A stretch of 64,000 bases of DNA, from contig JAMWBK010000010.1 in the NCBI GenBank assembly GCA_029953675.1, positions 1,488,001 through 1,552,000 on the forward strand. The letters are read 5' to 3'. Origin of the DNA: Rhodosorus marinus CCMP1338 (Eukaryota; Plantae; Rhodophyta). The notes below the pieces were generated by a model, which was not told where the DNA came from, searched no databases, and saw only the letters and a program-made list of their open reading frames with translations. Positions 61,967 to 64,000 of the stretch are shown here, one piece after another. Position 1 is the stretch's first letter, and the number at the start of each line of letters is the position of its first letter. A program made the translations under genes and the position numbers.

Positions 61967-62979
61967 ATGGAGGTGGCAACCAGCAAGATTGAGGAGTTGA
62001 TGGAAGTAGACTCTTCAAAGAGAGTTGAAGAGTACGAATGCTTGGCTAGAGACACGGAGTGGATGCTGGAACAAGCTGGGGTTGAGGTGCAGGTGGAATC
62101 GTCCTTAGGAGGAGTTGCGTCAATCGTTGGAGCGGGCTCCTCAACGGCCCCACATATCCTGGCTGAACTTTCAGCGCTGTTCCAGAAGAACCTAATTGCA
62201 GAACGAATCTTGCAGGATTCACGACGACGTGTGGCGGAGTTCGAAGATGAAATACGGACATGCGCTCTGGAAAGTGCTAGGGTGAGAGGCAAACCCAACG
62301 CTATCCAGGGTATACGAGGATTTTTGCCCGTCCGTTCCGTGTTGGGGTTTGAGCAATTAATTTCTCCGACTTCCTATTTTCGTCATAGGTGACCGCGGCT
62401 CGCACGGAACTCCAGCGAACCAGGGCGGAGGTAATCAGAGGCACCCTTGAAAGGAAGAACAAAGCAGCAACGCTTCGACTGAAGACTTTGGAGTATCAAA
62501 AAGTTTGCAAGCAAGCCAAATCCTCAGTTCTATCTTCTGGGGTAAATACGGATCTCACTCACGAGGCTGTGCTGAGTGTGAGCGAGGAGGTGCTCCAATG
62601 TGAGCGAGATGTTCAGGAGTATCGTCAGCTGGCGAATGCCTACCTCAACCTCCCACCAGTAAGTATTGCCAATCAACCCCAAACTATGGGTTTTCAAGCC
62701 AGGACCTCGTTTTTGCGTCGCACACGGCCTCTCTTTTGTTGCTTGGAACCACCTTCTGCGAGGTAATTTTCTGAAACGAAACTTTGAGCAGGATCTCATT
62801 CTCGCCAAACAAAAATTGGCGGAGAAGAAAAGAGTACGTACCGACACTCTTCAACTGCCAACTTGAGGCAGCTCTTCTCAAAAACCAATCACTACTCCTA
62901 AACTCAGGAATGCAAGGAGCTGGAGCAAGAAGTTGCGCGGTTGATGAATGGTGTCACCCTAGGCGGCACTTGCGCCTAG
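61967..62979 (+). CDS. HAUS1: Augmin subunit HAUS1/AUG1-like coiled-coil protein; true start lies in an upstream exon (about 61750-61900)
   Basis: GVNTDLTHEAVLSVSEEV...LANAYLNLPP|DLILAKQKLAEKKR|ECKELEQEV matches the HAUS1 C-terminal YxDLPPDxxLAKxKxEE pattern. Confidence 0.72.
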
Positions 62980-64000
62980 CCTGGACTATACCCAAATAGC
63001 TGAAAAAGCGCTCATCCTTAGTGAAATCTATAGTAGCCACGCTCGTGTATTGAAGTGTGAAACTGATATTAATTCAGTCTATTATATCACTAGTTTAGCG
63101 CATTTGTTGTAAATAGTAAATGATATTCGTACGTATCGAGCAGAGAACAAATCCTAGCCAACCTTGTCGCAGCCCTAGGGCATCCCCCAAAATGACAACC
63201 CAATTGAAGAATAGTGTAGATTTCAACGTTTTTGATGCCTCGTTGGCCGTTGGCCCATTGGCAGGCCATATCAGCGATTCCAACCGGATCAACCAGAATA
63301 ACAGAATAATCTAAACGAAGCTACCCTGAAACCCTTTTGCTTTCCTCATCTCCCAATCAGCGAGGCTTGTAGGCGCAGAGCTGCGTCTGACGAGGTTTGT
63401 GGAGCTGCTGCTTCTCTGGTGATACACGGGTCCGCATAATAATGAATTTCAGTTCAATAATTCATTTTCAATGGGGGCATTCAACTTATTTTCATCATAC
63501 GAATTACCTTCAATATATTTGCATTGTAGTTGTCTTAAACGGTATCGTATTGCGGCAACCTTTTCATGAGTATGAAAGATAGGCTAATTGAGCTCAGGGC
63601 CTAGAGGCTGCCTCAAAAATCAAAAGGGGTGACCTCTCTAATTTTTTTAATGCGGATTGAAGTAGCATGCCCCCAATGCCCCATTCCCGGGGGCCGACCG
63701 TATCATAATATATACTTCTGCTTTGAAATGGGGTGGAATAGGGGGATGGCAGCAGTGCTATTTCTGTTTGTCGGGGCGGGTTGCCAAGCATGTCGGTGCT
63801 CCTGACGTCATGTTAACGGATCCTCTTTGAGGGTGCTTGCCCTTGTTCTGCTCTTCTTGGCCGAGGTTAGGCAAGTAGTCTCTCTGTTGCGTTGAGGGCT
63901 CTGCGTAACATCTGTCATCGTCAGACACGGCAATTTAAGGGCAGGGCGCACCTCCGGCTGTTGATGAGGTCCTTCCAATAGACCTGACAGTGGCGATTTC

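Noticed and set aside
63594-64000. Possible gene fragment at the window end
   Set aside because: No frame gives a recognisable protein, and the region is truncated by the window edge.

Overview
This is eukaryotic nuclear DNA from a compact, gene-dense genome with short GT-AG introns (mostly about 50-150 nt). Plastid-targeted photosynthesis genes (PLGG1, LPA1, YlmG) with MAFV/MACFV-type transit peptides point to an alga, most likely a unicellular red alga (inference, not verified). About 22 protein genes can be supported, most of them housekeeping. They are a C2H2 zinc finger, NAE1, SAYSD1, an SLC35D sugar transporter, PDI, LPA1, PLGG1, an ICE2-like protein, a DEK-like protein, an Fe-ADH-like protein, a SHAQKY MYB, STAG/SCC3, LTV1, a SAM carrier, TRIAP1, a DEP-DUF547 protein, an amidase-like protein, EIPR1, FA2H, an ArfGAP-UBA protein, YlmG, METTL16 and HAUS1. 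There are also a few orphan genes and decayed retroelement relics. I saw no rRNA, tRNA or CRISPR array by eye, and no multi-gene novel system can be demonstrated. The strongest oddities are three intact proteins that appear to have lost their defining functional residues. The cohesin STAG paralog lacks the conserved essential surface (Y297I, K330A, Y331A, W334A, F371S in human SA2 numbering). The plastid-type Fe-ADH lacks its metal ligands and carries an extra domain of about 250 aa. The membrane-anchored FAAH-like amidase lacks the whole Lys-Ser-Ser triad. Exon boundaries were inferred by hand and need RNA-seq confirmation.
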